From Octopus sinensis (Eukaryota): a stretch of 64,000 nucleotides of DNA. The stretch spans positions 27,156,001-27,220,000 of the forward strand of contig NC_043018.1 of NCBI RefSeq assembly GCF_006345805.1, given 5' to 3'. The translations under genes were made by a program, and so were the position numbers. Below the pieces are notes generated by a model. It did no database searches. It saw only the letters and a program-made list of their open reading frames with translations, and was not told where the DNA came from. Of the stretch, positions 25,684-39,300 are shown one piece after another. The number at the start of each line of letters is the position of its first letter. Position 1 is the stretch's first letter.

Positions 25684-28600
25684 GTGTGTGTGTCTGTGTT
25701 TGTCTTCCACCATTGCCTGACAACCAGTGCTGGTGTGTTTATGTTCCCTTAACTTAGCTGTTTGACAAAAGTGACTGATAGAATAAGTACGAGGCTTTAA
25801 AGAAAAAAAAATAATAATAACACTGGGGTCAATTCATTTGACTAAAAACACTTCGGTGCTCCAGCATGGCCACAGTCTAGTGAGTAACAAGTAAAATGTG
25901 GAGAGGTAAAGGGTATTTTGTCATACGTAAAAAAGAATTGAATTTCCTCGAATGAGGCAGTGGACATGAACCGGTCATGTCTCTTCACAATGACTGAAAT
26001 TGAAGAAGTTGATAATATCTTGCTTTATAAATTGCTTCTCCCTGTCTCTCCCCCCTCCCTCTCCATGGTTCTCAATTCACTATTATCAGCACGACCCTCA
26101 TAACCACCACCAGTAAATATTTGAGTTATTTCCACTTCAGAAATAGCATTGTGTTAGTGTATTAATATCTTCATCATCATCGTGTCCACTTTCCCATTAC
26201 TCACATGAACTTGTTGAAGTGGGGTTTTTTTTTTTCACGCCTGTATATGCCTGGATCCAGGGGGTAAACTGCTGGCTTGCTCACCTAGTCAGCTGGGTGA
26301 TTCGAAGGCTAACAAGCAACATGTAATATCTGATAGTCAGGCTGGTCCTGTGATCATGTGATATACAGGGTGTCCCAAAAGTCACTGATGGGTTTCGGCT
26401 TTTAAGGACTTCCTTAACTTTACAAATAAATGCAAGAAATTTTGATACAATATAAAGGACATAGTGGAGATTAATATGCACGAGTCAAATTTTGCAACCC
26501 TACTACATCATATATGAAAAATGACATTGCTCAAATGGCAACCGTTTTTGGCTTCGCACACCCATGTTCTTCCCAAAACTTGCACCATAACACCCTCAAG
26601 TGTTACAGACCCCACTTCTCACTTGGCTTGACTACAATCTCACTTGGCTTGCCAGGTTTTCTCAAGCATGGCATAGCCCCCCCCCAACACACACACACAG
26701 AGTTTCTGTTTACTAAATCCATTCAGAAGGTTTGGTTGGGTTGGGGCAATAGCAGAAGTCCCAAGGTGCCATGCAGTTGAATTGAGCCCAGAGCAATGTG
26801 GTTGGGAAGCAAACATCTTGCCACATGACCATGCCTGCACCTGTAGCCACACCAACGTCGCTTCACTGGCACCTGTGCCGGTGGCACGTGTAAAATGATT
26901 CGAGCGAGGTCATTGCCAGTACCGCCTGACTGGCACGTAAAAAGCACCCACTACATTCTTGGAGTGGTTGGTGTTAGGAAGGGCATCCAGCTGTAGAAAC
27001 TCTGCCAGATCAAGATTGGAGCCTGGTGCAGCCACCTGGCTCGCCATCCCTCAGTCAAAATCGTCCAACCCATGCTAGCATGGAAAGCGGACGTTAAACG
27101 ATGATGATGATGAGGATTTGAGGTTCACCTTTTAGTCATTGTGAAGGCATGTGAATTAGTGGTTAGGATATTTATCTCGCAATCATAAGGCCATGAGTTT
27201 GATTCCCAGTGACGGATTGTGTCCTTGAGCAAGACTCTTTACTTCACATTGCTTCAGTCTGCTCAGCTGGCAAAAAAATGAGTAGTACCTGTATTTTAAA
27301 GGACTGGCCTTGTTTTATTCTGTGTCATGCTGAATTTTTCTGAGAACTGTGTTAAGGGTATGTGTGTCTGTGGAATACTCAGCCACTCTCTTTACTCTTT
27401 TTACTTGTTTCAGTCATTTGACTGCAGCCATGCTGGAGCACCGCTTTTAATTGAGCAACTCAACCCCGGGACTTATTCTTTTGTAAGCCCAGTACTTATT
27501 CTATCGGTCTCTTTTGCCGAACCGCTAAGTAACGGGGACATAAACACACCAGCATCGGTTGTCAAGCAATGCTAGGGGGACAAACACACACACACGCATA
27601 TATATATATACGACGGGCTTCTTTCAGTTTCCATCTACCAAATCCACTCACAAGGCTTTGGTTGGCCCGAGGTTATAGTAGAAGACACTTGCCCAATGGT
27701 GCCATGCAGTTGCAAGTTAATTTCGCAGGCAGGCTGTTCTGTTCATCAGATAAACTGGAACCCTTGCCACCATCACTGACAGAATGCCAGTTTGTCATTC
27801 GTTGCAAATTGAATGACCACATACGAGTTTCCTTCATTAACTCAATACATTTTACTGTCACGATCCAGTACCTCGGTACCTTGTTCAGCTTGTTCTGTCT
27901 AGTGCTTACTTGTTTGTGTCAACTGGGTGCTATGAAAGCTTTAATGAATTGACGCAATTTCCCTTCTCTCCTTCTCTCTCTCTCTTGCTACATCCCACCC
28001 TTCTCTATTGTTGTTAAGCCATTTAAATCTCTACAGTGAAAAAAAAAACGTGTTCAGAGGATCAGAGTATACAAAGGAGCCATGAGAAAATTTGAAACTA
28101 TCATACGTAACAATAGGAATAGGATTTGCCCACTCTATAGGAGCAAGTCATGGCACACCATTGAAAAGACTAAGAAGAAAATAGAGAAGGCCAACTCATG
28201 GTATGACAGCCACAAATACCACAGTGTCATGTTCGTCGACACCACCCCTAGGGGCGAACTGGCGTACTGCTTTAGAAGGGCCCTAGACAACTTAAGCTAA
28301 GAATTAAGGTTGTTGAAAGGCCAGGCAACCCTATCAAATCCCTAATTGGTAGAACCTAACTGTTTAGTGGAACCCCAGGTACTGATAGGAACTGTATTGT
28401 GTGTAGATTTTGCCTACAAACAAACTGTTAAGCCAGAAATGCAGTCTATAGTATAAGATGTATAGAGGGACGATGCAGTAACAAGACAATGACATACGTA
28501 GGGGAAACAGCATGGAGCATAGGAGAACAGGTAAATGAGCATTGGAGGGAACTTAAGGAAGAGAAGAACTCGTCGGTCCTGTACCAGCACGCCGAGCAGG

Positions 28601-29482
28601 AATACGGGGGCTCACTCAACAACATAGAAGTTAAAATCTTGTCCACACATAAAACAGTTGCAATGCTTAGACAAATTACAGAAGCTACACACATAATAGA
28701 AGATAAACCTAGCCTGAATAGGAAACTGGAATGGAACACCAGCACACACCCCCAACACACCACAACATATGACAGAATAAGATTCCCATAAACTGATAAC
28801 AATATGAATAATACAATACACATATAAACAAATAGAATTAAATAACTATATACGTTAACAAAATTAAATTAAATACAAAAAAAATAGAATAAAAAAAATA
28901 ATAGGTATAAACACAGGAACAAAATAATTAAAAACAAGTTAAACAAATGTGTATAAACAAGGAATACAGATAATACAGGCCCCCCCCACTTACTAAACAT
29001 AGACACACATAAGGGTATACGCATGCGCAAATAAAGGTACATACAATAGGAATACAAAATACAAAATGGCTGATCATTAGTAAGGAAAGACACAAATAAG
29101 AGAGAAGAAAGCAAAGGACCACTGATGAGGTCACAGAAGTGTGACGAAATACGATTAATTTAAAAAATAGAATAAAGCTGAAGCAAATTAACACGAAATA
29201 TATAGTGCGTGTGTTTTCATTGGCTAAACTGGCAAAATGACCATTCCCAAATACAACAATATAGATTTTATCCTTAATTTTTAAAATATATTGATATATA
29301 TATATATATATATACATATATACAACAGGCTTCTTTCAGTTTCCGTCTACCAAATCCACTCACAAGGATTTGGTTGGCTCGAGGCTACAGTAAAAGATAC
29401 ATGCCCAAGGTGCCACGCAGTGGAACTGAACCAGAACCATGTGGTTCGTAGGCAAGCTACTCACCGTACAGCCACTCCTACG

Positions 29483-29531
<49 letters not shown>

Positions 29532-29532
29532 G

Positions 29533-29563
<31 letters not shown>

Positions 29564-29678
29564 GTATGTATATATATATGTATGTATATATGTATGTATA
29601 TATATATATATGTATATATATATATGTATATATATATATATGTATATATATATGTATATATATCTATATATATATGTA

Positions 29679-29712
<34 letters not shown>

Positions 29713-30336
29713 CTACAAAATTAGAAAATGGAGAAACATACTTAAATCAATCAAACATCAACTATCAGATGATACCCAATCAATACTTTATTACACCATT
29801 ACATAACAGCAAAGGCATTATACAAAATATATTGTAAATATAATTAGACAAGGAAATAGAAATATAAAATATAATATATAATTATATCATATCTGACAGC
29901 TGTTTCGACCGTAAGGACAAGTATGCCTCATTTAACCTATAAGCCATATAACGCAGGTATAAATGAGACATTAACAAGGATGTCCCACGGCCTCTTCAGA
30001 GAATTTAATTTAATATAAGTGTGAAAAAAATTTTTTTATACATATAAATATAAAAATATAAAATATAAAAACGTGTGCATAGACACTCATAATACTACAC
30101 ACATATATATATACTCATTAATACAATAATACAAAATAAACAAAACAAAATATATCAATATATATTAACAAACACAGTTATTCTACATATTGGGCTTCTA
30201 ATTCCAAAACTAACCTACAGGAAAATATATGCACACTCACATTTAAATTTAAATCAGACATATACATAAAAAATAATAAAAAAAGCACAGTTCAGTTCAT
30301 AAAATTATAAACCTATAAAAGTCAATAAAAATTACT

Positions 30337-30389
<53 letters not shown>

Positions 30390-33300
30390 CAACCATGTCT
30401 GTACCAAGTACATCAATCGGACATCTACATATCTATAAGTCTGATTCTTCTGTCCGCTTGATATTGATTATTCTAGATTGATTCGATTGGCTTATAGTTT
30501 TAAATTTGAATCACAAAAGAAATTTTACGGTTAGTTAGTCAAGAAACGCACATACGCACACGCACATCCACAGATCAATCGCACATACATAATTATATGT
30601 ATACACACACACATACACTCATACACATACATATCCACAAACACCGTCAAACACATAAATAAATAAATAATAAAAGAGGTATAATCGTAACTATGCAGCC
30701 ATCAAGCCTCTCCAAAACGACAACAATGCCACTATATTAACTAAGAAGATCCACTCACATATTTCCATAAAATATTTGTTATAAAGATACATATATTTAT
30801 ATATCAAGACATAGAATGTAATTTTTCGTAGGGTACACAAAGCATATGCCACCGTTTTTTCTGTAGTCATAGTATTACATAACATAACGTTTACTGATTT
30901 CACCGTAATTTGCTATAATCACATGTACGCTAAGTTATAAAGTATAGATTAAACATTTTTGTTTGACTATCAATAGACATAGAAACATACATATACTAAA
31001 TTGACATCGGTTTATAGCAATTAAATTATAAGAGATTAATTGTAAGAAGTTAAAATACGGAAATATTCCGGGATGTGTAAACAGACAAGACAAGACAAAA
31101 ATTCTTTATAGTATAAATATATATCATTTCTACGTAATAAATCAAATACCATTATAATATTAATATTTATCCATCAAAGAACCTAACCTACGAACTAATA
31201 GAATTACACTCAAATATACATGCCCATAATAATACTCATGTATAACAGCAGATATACACAAACGCACCGTTTATTTTCATATGTGACTTGCGAGTAAACA
31301 TTCATAGTACTTATATATAAATATACTTTTAAGCATCCGTGGATACAGATACAAATGTAATAATTAACAAGATTTGGCATTAAATAATATCAGTGGGGGA
31401 CTTACCAATACAATGGTATATAAGTAAATAACAAAAATTAAATTAATTATAAGTTAATAAATTGTAATTACTTAAGATTAAAATGTGATAAAATAAATAA
31501 GAAGAAATAATTAAAATTACATACAGAGTATAAGTACAAACTAGTATATATGTATCCATATATTATTAAAATAAATAATTGATATGTATGTATATATCTA
31601 CACTTAAATAAGTAAATAAATAAACGACTAAATAAATAGATAGATACCATAGAAAACAAATTCAGATAAATACATAGGTACACCTAATATATAGTAATGC
31701 TAATATGCATATATCCACATATGCATAAAAGAGTATATAGGTAAATAAATAACATAAAATAAAGTGCAGATATATATACATATATATATATATATATATT
31801 CTATATATACACACAAGCTTCTTATAGTTTCTATCTGCCAGCCTACTCACATGGATTTGTTCGGCCAAGACTATAGAAGACACTTTTATCAGCATCATCA
31901 TCGTCATTTAACGTGCGTTTTCCATGCTGGCATGGGTTGGACGGTTCAACTGTGATCTGGGAAGCCAGGAGGCTGCACCAGGCTCAAATCTGATCTGGCA
32001 GTGTTTCTACAGCTGGATGCCCTTCCTAATGCCAACCACTCTGAGGGTGTAGTGGGTGCTTTTTACAAGCCACCGGCACAGTCGCCAGAGGGAGTTGGCA
32101 TCGACCACGTTTGGGTATATTTTTTCTTTACCTTAATAACTTTTTAAACTCTATTTACAAGTGTTTTTGATTATTTTGATTATATTTTATTTATTGATTT
32201 ATTTACTTTCTTTTCTTTTTTTTTCAGGAATTACCTGAACTTTGTAATTGAAGAACTCAAAGAGCCCTCCAAGTAAGACATTTAGTTCCTGTGGGTTTTG
32301 TGAGTTTTATGCTATCTCTAAATTTACTGCTTTACTCAGAATCATTAGACTTTCGCACAATTCTTATGTCCGATATCTATGAATGGCATGAAGTGTAAGT
32401 GTAGGTATGTTTGTGTAGTATGTATATGGATGTGTGTATGTTAATGTATTATGCAGACACACACACATACACACATGCATACATACACACATACATATGT
32501 AGATACATACATACAATAGGATTCTTATTTCTTTACTACTGATACAGCTTGGCACCAGTGATGTTGCAACTCATTTCTACAGCTGAGTGAACTGGAGCAA
32601 CGTGAAATAAAGTGTCTTGCTCAAGAACACAACAGACATCCTGGTCTGGAAACTGAACTCACTACCTCATGATTGTGAGCTCGACACTCTAACCACTGAG
32701 CCATTTGCTTTCACCTTGGTTTGCAATATCTGTACAACACTATAAACATGTATAAATACAAGGTTTTCATCATTTCAGATATGCCTGGGGCATATTCAAA
32801 CCAATAAAGAAGTCATTCTCTGTGTTCTGTGATGGAGAAAATTTCTTGCTGTAGACTAACACCTGAAATCTGCACACAGCACCCCAGGCATGTTTGAACC
32901 GGCAAACAACCTTGTATTTATGTGCATCACTGCTTAGTGCGGTCACAGTGTGTAAATGTGTCGGTGTGGAGGCGAAGTGGTCTTAATTAAGAATTTCACT
33001 GATCGATGTCATCCCGTTGCCAGTTGAGAAACATTTCTTAGCTTTGGATTGAAAATAGGGAAGACATCTGGTGATAGAGAATCTGTCTCAGTAAATTCTG
33101 CAAGCTTAGAAAGGTGGGTGTTAAAACGATAAGATTAGTGGTGGTGGCAGCAGTGGCGATGATAATATATCTATGATTACATTATCTAATGCTTTTTTTT
33201 TTTTTTTTTTATGACATCAGGGTATGATAGAGAGAATTTAATGAGATATATTTATTTTATTACCTTTTCTTTTTTTGATATTTTTTTTAGTCTGAATTCA

Positions 33301-36300
33301 ATTTTTTCTTTTTCTTTTCTTTGCTAGCTTTGACAAAAAATATAAATTTTCAGAGAATTATGTAGGTCAGTTGAAACAGCTGCAAAGGAAATTGTTAATA
33401 ATTAAATCATATTTTTAAATTAACGAGCTGGCAGACTTGTTAGCATGCTGGGCAAAATGCTCAGTGGCCTTTCATTTGTTTTTGTGTTCTGAGTTCAAGT
33501 TCTGTTGAGGTTGATTTTTACCTTTTACCCTTTTGGGGCCAATATAAAATAAGCACCAGTTAAGCGCTGGGGTCGATGTAATTGACCTGCCCCACCCTTG
33601 AAATTGCTGGCCTTGTACCAAAATTTGAAATCAGTGATTAATGCTTAATTTTAAGGCAGCGGAGCTGGCAGACTCATTAGCATGCTGGGCGAAATGCTAA
33701 GTGGATTTTGTCTGTCTCAACATTCTGAGTTCAAATTTTGCCGAGGTCGCTTGTGTCTGCTCGCAACATGTATAGGTACCTAAAATAAAAACTGTGGGTG
33801 ATGGCTGAGAAAGGATCTACAGACACTGGGACTCACAGATGGGGTGATGGGACTGAGACTTCTGGCAGTTTGCTGTGCTTGAAAAGGCATGTCAAGCTAA
33901 GTAAAAGCATTGTTGCCCTTGCATACAAGCTCGTCCCTTGCAACCCCCTCCAGCTAAGCATCCTTAATGTTGTGGAAAAGCACCCAGTACACTCTGGAAA
34001 GTGGTTGGCATTAGGAAGGGCATGCAGCTGTTGAAACCATACCAAAACAAACAGGGAACCTGAAGAGCCCTTCAGCAGGTCAGCTCCTGTCAAACCATCC
34101 AGTCCATGCCAGAATGGAAAAGGGCCATTAAATGATGATGTTGGTGTTGACAGTGGAACCTCAGTTTACAAATTTAATTTGTTCCTGAAGGCTGTTCATC
34201 ACCTGAAATGTTCATTAATCAAAACTACTTTTCTTATAAGAAATTCAAGAGAAGCCATGGCAAATTTGAGCAGGGAGGTGCACTAAATGAAAGCTAGACA
34301 GCAACTGGTGCTCTCTTGCTGATACTCTCAGCTTTTTGCCAGCCATTATTGCCAGCTTGTCTGTTTGTCACCTGAGACATTTAATGTTCAAAAAATTGTT
34401 CATAAACCAATTTGTTCATGATGAGAATCTTTCATGGTCAAGGGTGGAACATTTATTTTTCTCCATCTGAGCTGATCTGGTGTGAAACAACAACATCCTG
34501 GAGAAAACAAAATATTCTAATTAATCCATTACACAGTCACAAACAAGCATGACTGTTTGGTAAGAAGTTTGCTTCTCAACCACATGGTTCTGGGTTCAGT
34601 CCCACTGCATGGCATCTTGGACAGGTGTCTTCTACAACAGCACAAGCTTATCAGGGTGTTTCATACACAGAAACTGAAGGGAGCCTACTATGTATATATA
34701 TATATATATATATATGTGTGTATGTATGTTTGTTTGTTTGTTCCCAACCACTGTTTGACAACCAATGTTGTTTTTTGTTTGTTCCTTCTCGAGCCATGCT
34801 TGGCTCATAAGGGCCGGTTTCCTGGTTTCTTGGCGTATAGGTTCCCCGCCTGGACGGGACGCCAGTCCGTCGCAGGTGAGCTGCAAGATGCAGGAGGAAA
34901 GAGTGAGAGAAAGTTGTGGCAAAAGAGTCAGCAGAAGTTTCGCCATTACGTGGAGCTTAGGTGTTTCACTCATAAACATACACATTGCCCGATCTGAGAT
35001 TCGAACCTGCGAGTCCGCTGCTCTAACCACTAGGCCATGTGCCTCCACACAACGAATGTTGGTGTGTTTATGTCCCTATGACCTAGTGGTTCAGCAGAAG
35101 AGACTGATAAAATAAGTACCAGGCTTAAAAGTATAATTACTGGGGTTGATTTGTTCAACTAAAATTCTTCAATGTGGTGCCCCAGCATGGCCGCAGTCCA
35201 ATGACCGAAACAAGTAAAAAATAAAAGATACACAAGCACACAAACAAACAAAGAATATTAATTAAATGGTATTTTGTTGTCTTGCAGGAATCTTCCAAAA
35301 GCCATCTGGATTTCCATCATAAGCGTCACCGTCATTTATGTGTTCACTAACGTCGCCTACTTCACCACAGTCAGTCCAATGGAGATAAAGTCTGGAGCCG
35401 CTGTGGCTGTGGTAAGTATTTAAGTCCATGTATGAAGTGGGTGGTTCCTGAAAAGTTCCTGGCTTTAAGGGTTTTGCGAAAGGCTTGGCTGGAGGCCCAA
35501 CCTTCCAAGTTCTTTCACCAGGCTTAGAAAAACTGAAAGACTACTGCAATTTATGTGTGAATCTGAGAGGGAAATATGTTGAGTAAAATCATAATTAACT
35601 GATCCTCCTGTATTTTCTTTTACCCAATGTCAGGAACTTTCCAGCTTCCCCTTTTGTTTATAGTAGGTTATCCGGAAAGATCTGAGCATTTTTTAACATG
35701 TAGAAAGCTATATAAATAATTGATCTTTCAATAAATTTTATTCAATGAAATAATTTCCATTATTGTTAATGAACTTTGCCCATCTATGAAGCAATTTAAA
35801 TATTCCATCAGCATAAAATTTGACTGGTTTTGAAGAACAAAAGTTATCTAGATGCATTTTGATTCCATCTAAATCGTTAAATGTTTTTCCTTGCAATGTG
35901 TTCTGTAGAGACAAAAACAAGAGGTAGTTGGATGGTGCAGTATCAGGAGAATATGGTGGATTGGGTAAGAGATCCCAGCCAAGTTATGTAACTTTGGGTA
36001 GCCAAAGACTCGTGGTCAGGCATTATCTTGTTGGAACACTACCCCTTTCCTGTTGGCAATCTCCAGCTTCAGTTCTTTGAGTTTTCGGTTCAAATTAGCT
36101 AGCTCACGATAGTACACATCAAAATTAATGGTCTGGTTTTGTGGGAGAAGCTCATAATAAATAATGCTTTTATGGTCCCACCAAACACAAAACATTGAAC
36201 AATGATGATGATGATGATGATTTAACATAATTACTAGAATAACCATGAAATTGAATTTTGAAGTCAAAAGGCTAAACTCATGTAGTGACACCATCTTGGA

Positions 36301-39300
36301 AATCTCCAGCACGCATGCACAGGGTTGGAATCTTCCGGAAGGCCTGCCGGAAGTTCCCTCATGCGCATGCACAGAAAACTAGCAGCAGCGAAATTCTCTT
36401 GTATCTCTCTCTTGGATGCTAGTAGCTGAGTGATACAGATGTGTCTCCAGCAGCCCTCTCAAGCTGCTACCTCGTGGCGCATCCCTGCTATGCCTGAATG
36501 GGCAGGATTGACTCACTCCTCTAGACTACTGCCGATAAGCTCCTAGGTTGCTAATTCACCCACAGGAAGGAATTGTTTATATTCCGAATCAAAGGATAAA
36601 TATTTATACTGAGACCTGTTGAGTGAAGTACATGAACATCGAAATAAATATCAATGGAAATAGTAGTTGTGATACCTGTGTCAGTGGCACATAAAAAGCA
36701 CCATCTGAACGTGGCCGTTGCCAGCGCTGCCTCGACTGGCTTCTGTGCCGGTGGCACATAAAAAGCACCATCCTAACCTGGCCGACGCCAGCGCCGCCTC
36801 GACTGGCTTCTGTGCTGGTAGCACTTAAAAAGCACCATCCGAACGTGGCCGATGCCAGCGCCGCCTTGGCTGGCTTCTGTGCCGGTGGCACGTTAAAAGC
36901 ACCAACTGATCATGGCTGATGCCAGACTCCCCTGGCACGTATAAAGCACCCACTACACTCGCGGAGTGGTTGGCGTTAGGAAGGGCATCCAGCTAGATCA
37001 GACCGGAGCCTGGTGCAGCCCCTGGCTTCCCAGACCCCGGTCGAACCGTCCACCCGTGCTAGCGCAGAAAACGGACGTTAAACGATGATGATGTTGAAGT
37101 TAATCGGAAATCTTGACTCTTTCTTCAATTAATATTTGATGTAAAAAGCACCCACTACACTCTTGGAATGGTTGGTGTTAGGAAGATCAAAATTGGAGCC
37201 TGGTGTGGTTGTCTGGTTCGCTAGCCCTCAGTCAAAATCGTCCAACCCATGCTAGCATGGAAAGCGGACGTTAAACGATGATGATGATGATGATGATGTA
37301 AAAGATGTGAGCAGCACCCATCCAGTGCCGGAATCTCTCATCCTGTTACACCTATAATGTATGATTTGTGTGAGATTTGGCTGGCATTTCTTGCAAACCA
37401 AGTAACCATGACTTAGAAATATGTGTGTGCTGATTCAACAGCTTAACCCATTTATTGCAGAAAGTAGTTTTATATTGCAAGGAATGTCATGTTTGAAACT
37501 AATTTCGCATCTTTTCAGTTTGAACGGCAGTTTTTTTCTAGCGGTGTCGTATGAGATAGTCACCCATAATTATGACCCTAGAATTGATCTATTGCATTTC
37601 AATCTGTTTTAGGGTTAGGGTTAGGGGTAAGGGTATCTTTTTTTCTTCACAAATGTAAATAAACCCAATCTGTTTCTTAAACGAGAGACATATTCATATG
37701 GCACAGAATGTTTTTACCTCAATAAACGTATTTGATTGGTTGAAATTGCAGAAATTGAAGAAAAAAACAACAAATATCTTACAAACTATAGAATTTTCTC
37801 AATAAAGCCAAGAGAAAAAGATGTTTTATAAACACATTCTACCAGTATATGAAGTTTAAAATTTTTTAGTTACCTAGAAATTATGTTAAAAACTGCCGTT
37901 CAAACCAAAGGATCCCTAATTTCTGTTGAGATATTTGTCCCACCCATGCCAGCATGGAAGGCGGATGTTAAACGATGATATTAGTCCAGTCAAATTAGCA
38001 TGATATTCCCCCGAACCCACCACTAATTGCAACATAAATGGAACCTTTTGGGATTTGTTCAGTAGGGTACCCTTCATGATATACTAAAAGTCCAACAAAA
38101 AAAAATGTATAAATTTTAAAAGAACTTTTTAAATTCCAGATGTTCTCCAAACGGCTGTATGGCATAATGTGGTGGATCATGCCAATATTTGTGTCTCTTT
38201 CAACTTTTGGTGGCGTCAATGGAATTTTATTCACATCTTCAAGGTGAGTAGATTTATAGTTAGAATAACAAAAAGGAACATAAGTTTTTGGGCAAATACA
38301 AAAAAAACCCCAATTTATCAAAAAATGCCTTTTAAACCTTTTGGTACCATATATACCGAAATACATTGCCTCTGTTTCAATCTTGGAAATATTGAAGAAT
38401 TTAGTAAAATAATTTAGTCATTGTAAATTTAGGATACTTAACCTTTCGGAGCAGATGACAAAAGACCAAGATATCTGGCGCCTTGCAGTACGGCTGCTTC
38501 CCCTGATGAAGAGGATTAGCATGCAGTAGCCCTGTGCCAGTTCTACTTGGAAAGCAATTGTGCCAGCACCACTTAAAAATGCTCATACCGGTTCCACACG
38601 CTGTAATGTGGTTGCTGTTAGGAAGGGCATCAAGCTGTGGAAACCAAACCAAATCAGACCGGAACCTGGTGCAGCTCCTTGGCTTACCAACTCTGGTCAA
38701 ATGGTCCAACCCATGCCAGCATGGAAAATGGATGTTAAAGAATGGTGGTGGCAGTGGCGATGATGATGATGATGATGATTATATAAAATTACTGTGTCAT
38801 TATATATCCTTTCGTCATCATATTTCTGTTGAAATATGCTGTCATTGTTTCAAATAAGTTTGAAAACAATGAAATAAAATAACTTTCTGATTATTAATTA
38901 AGTTGGCGTTTGGAACTTAGAAATTTTTTGATTGACGAGTTTTTAATGTAGACCATTTCTATACCTTTTATTAGCATATTTTTGTTGAAATACTCTGCTT
39001 TTGTTTCGTAGAAACACTGCCAGATCAGACTGGGCCTGGTGAAGCCTTCTGGCTTCCCAGACCCCAGTTGAACCGTCCAACCCATGCTAGCATGGAAAGC
39101 GGACGTTAAACGATGATGATGATGATGATGATGATGAAAATAATAAAACATTTATCAAAATTACTTACTAATCAGGTGTTTGGAATCTGTATTAATATGA
39201 AATTTCGATGGAAGGTGTTAATTTTGATTACTTTAACCTTAGACTTAGCATTTTTCAGTAGAAATAAACTCTACCTTTGTTTCAATTAGTAAATAATTAA

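Noticed and set aside
28340-28500. Selenoprotein-type Penelope ORF (UGA recoding)
   Set aside because: The in-frame stops in this copy are TAA, not TGA, and no SECIS was evident
32779-32893. C/D snoRNA suggested by a 12-bp terminal stem with GTGATGG and CTGA
   Set aside because: Boxes are far from the stem and only about 28 nt apart; wrong geometry
36281-36632. Solo LTR (TGTA..TACA)
   Set aside because: No target-site duplication or clear polyadenylation signal
38495-38535. CTGATGAAGAGGAT hammerhead 5' half
   Set aside because: No GAAA; truncated by a family B copy
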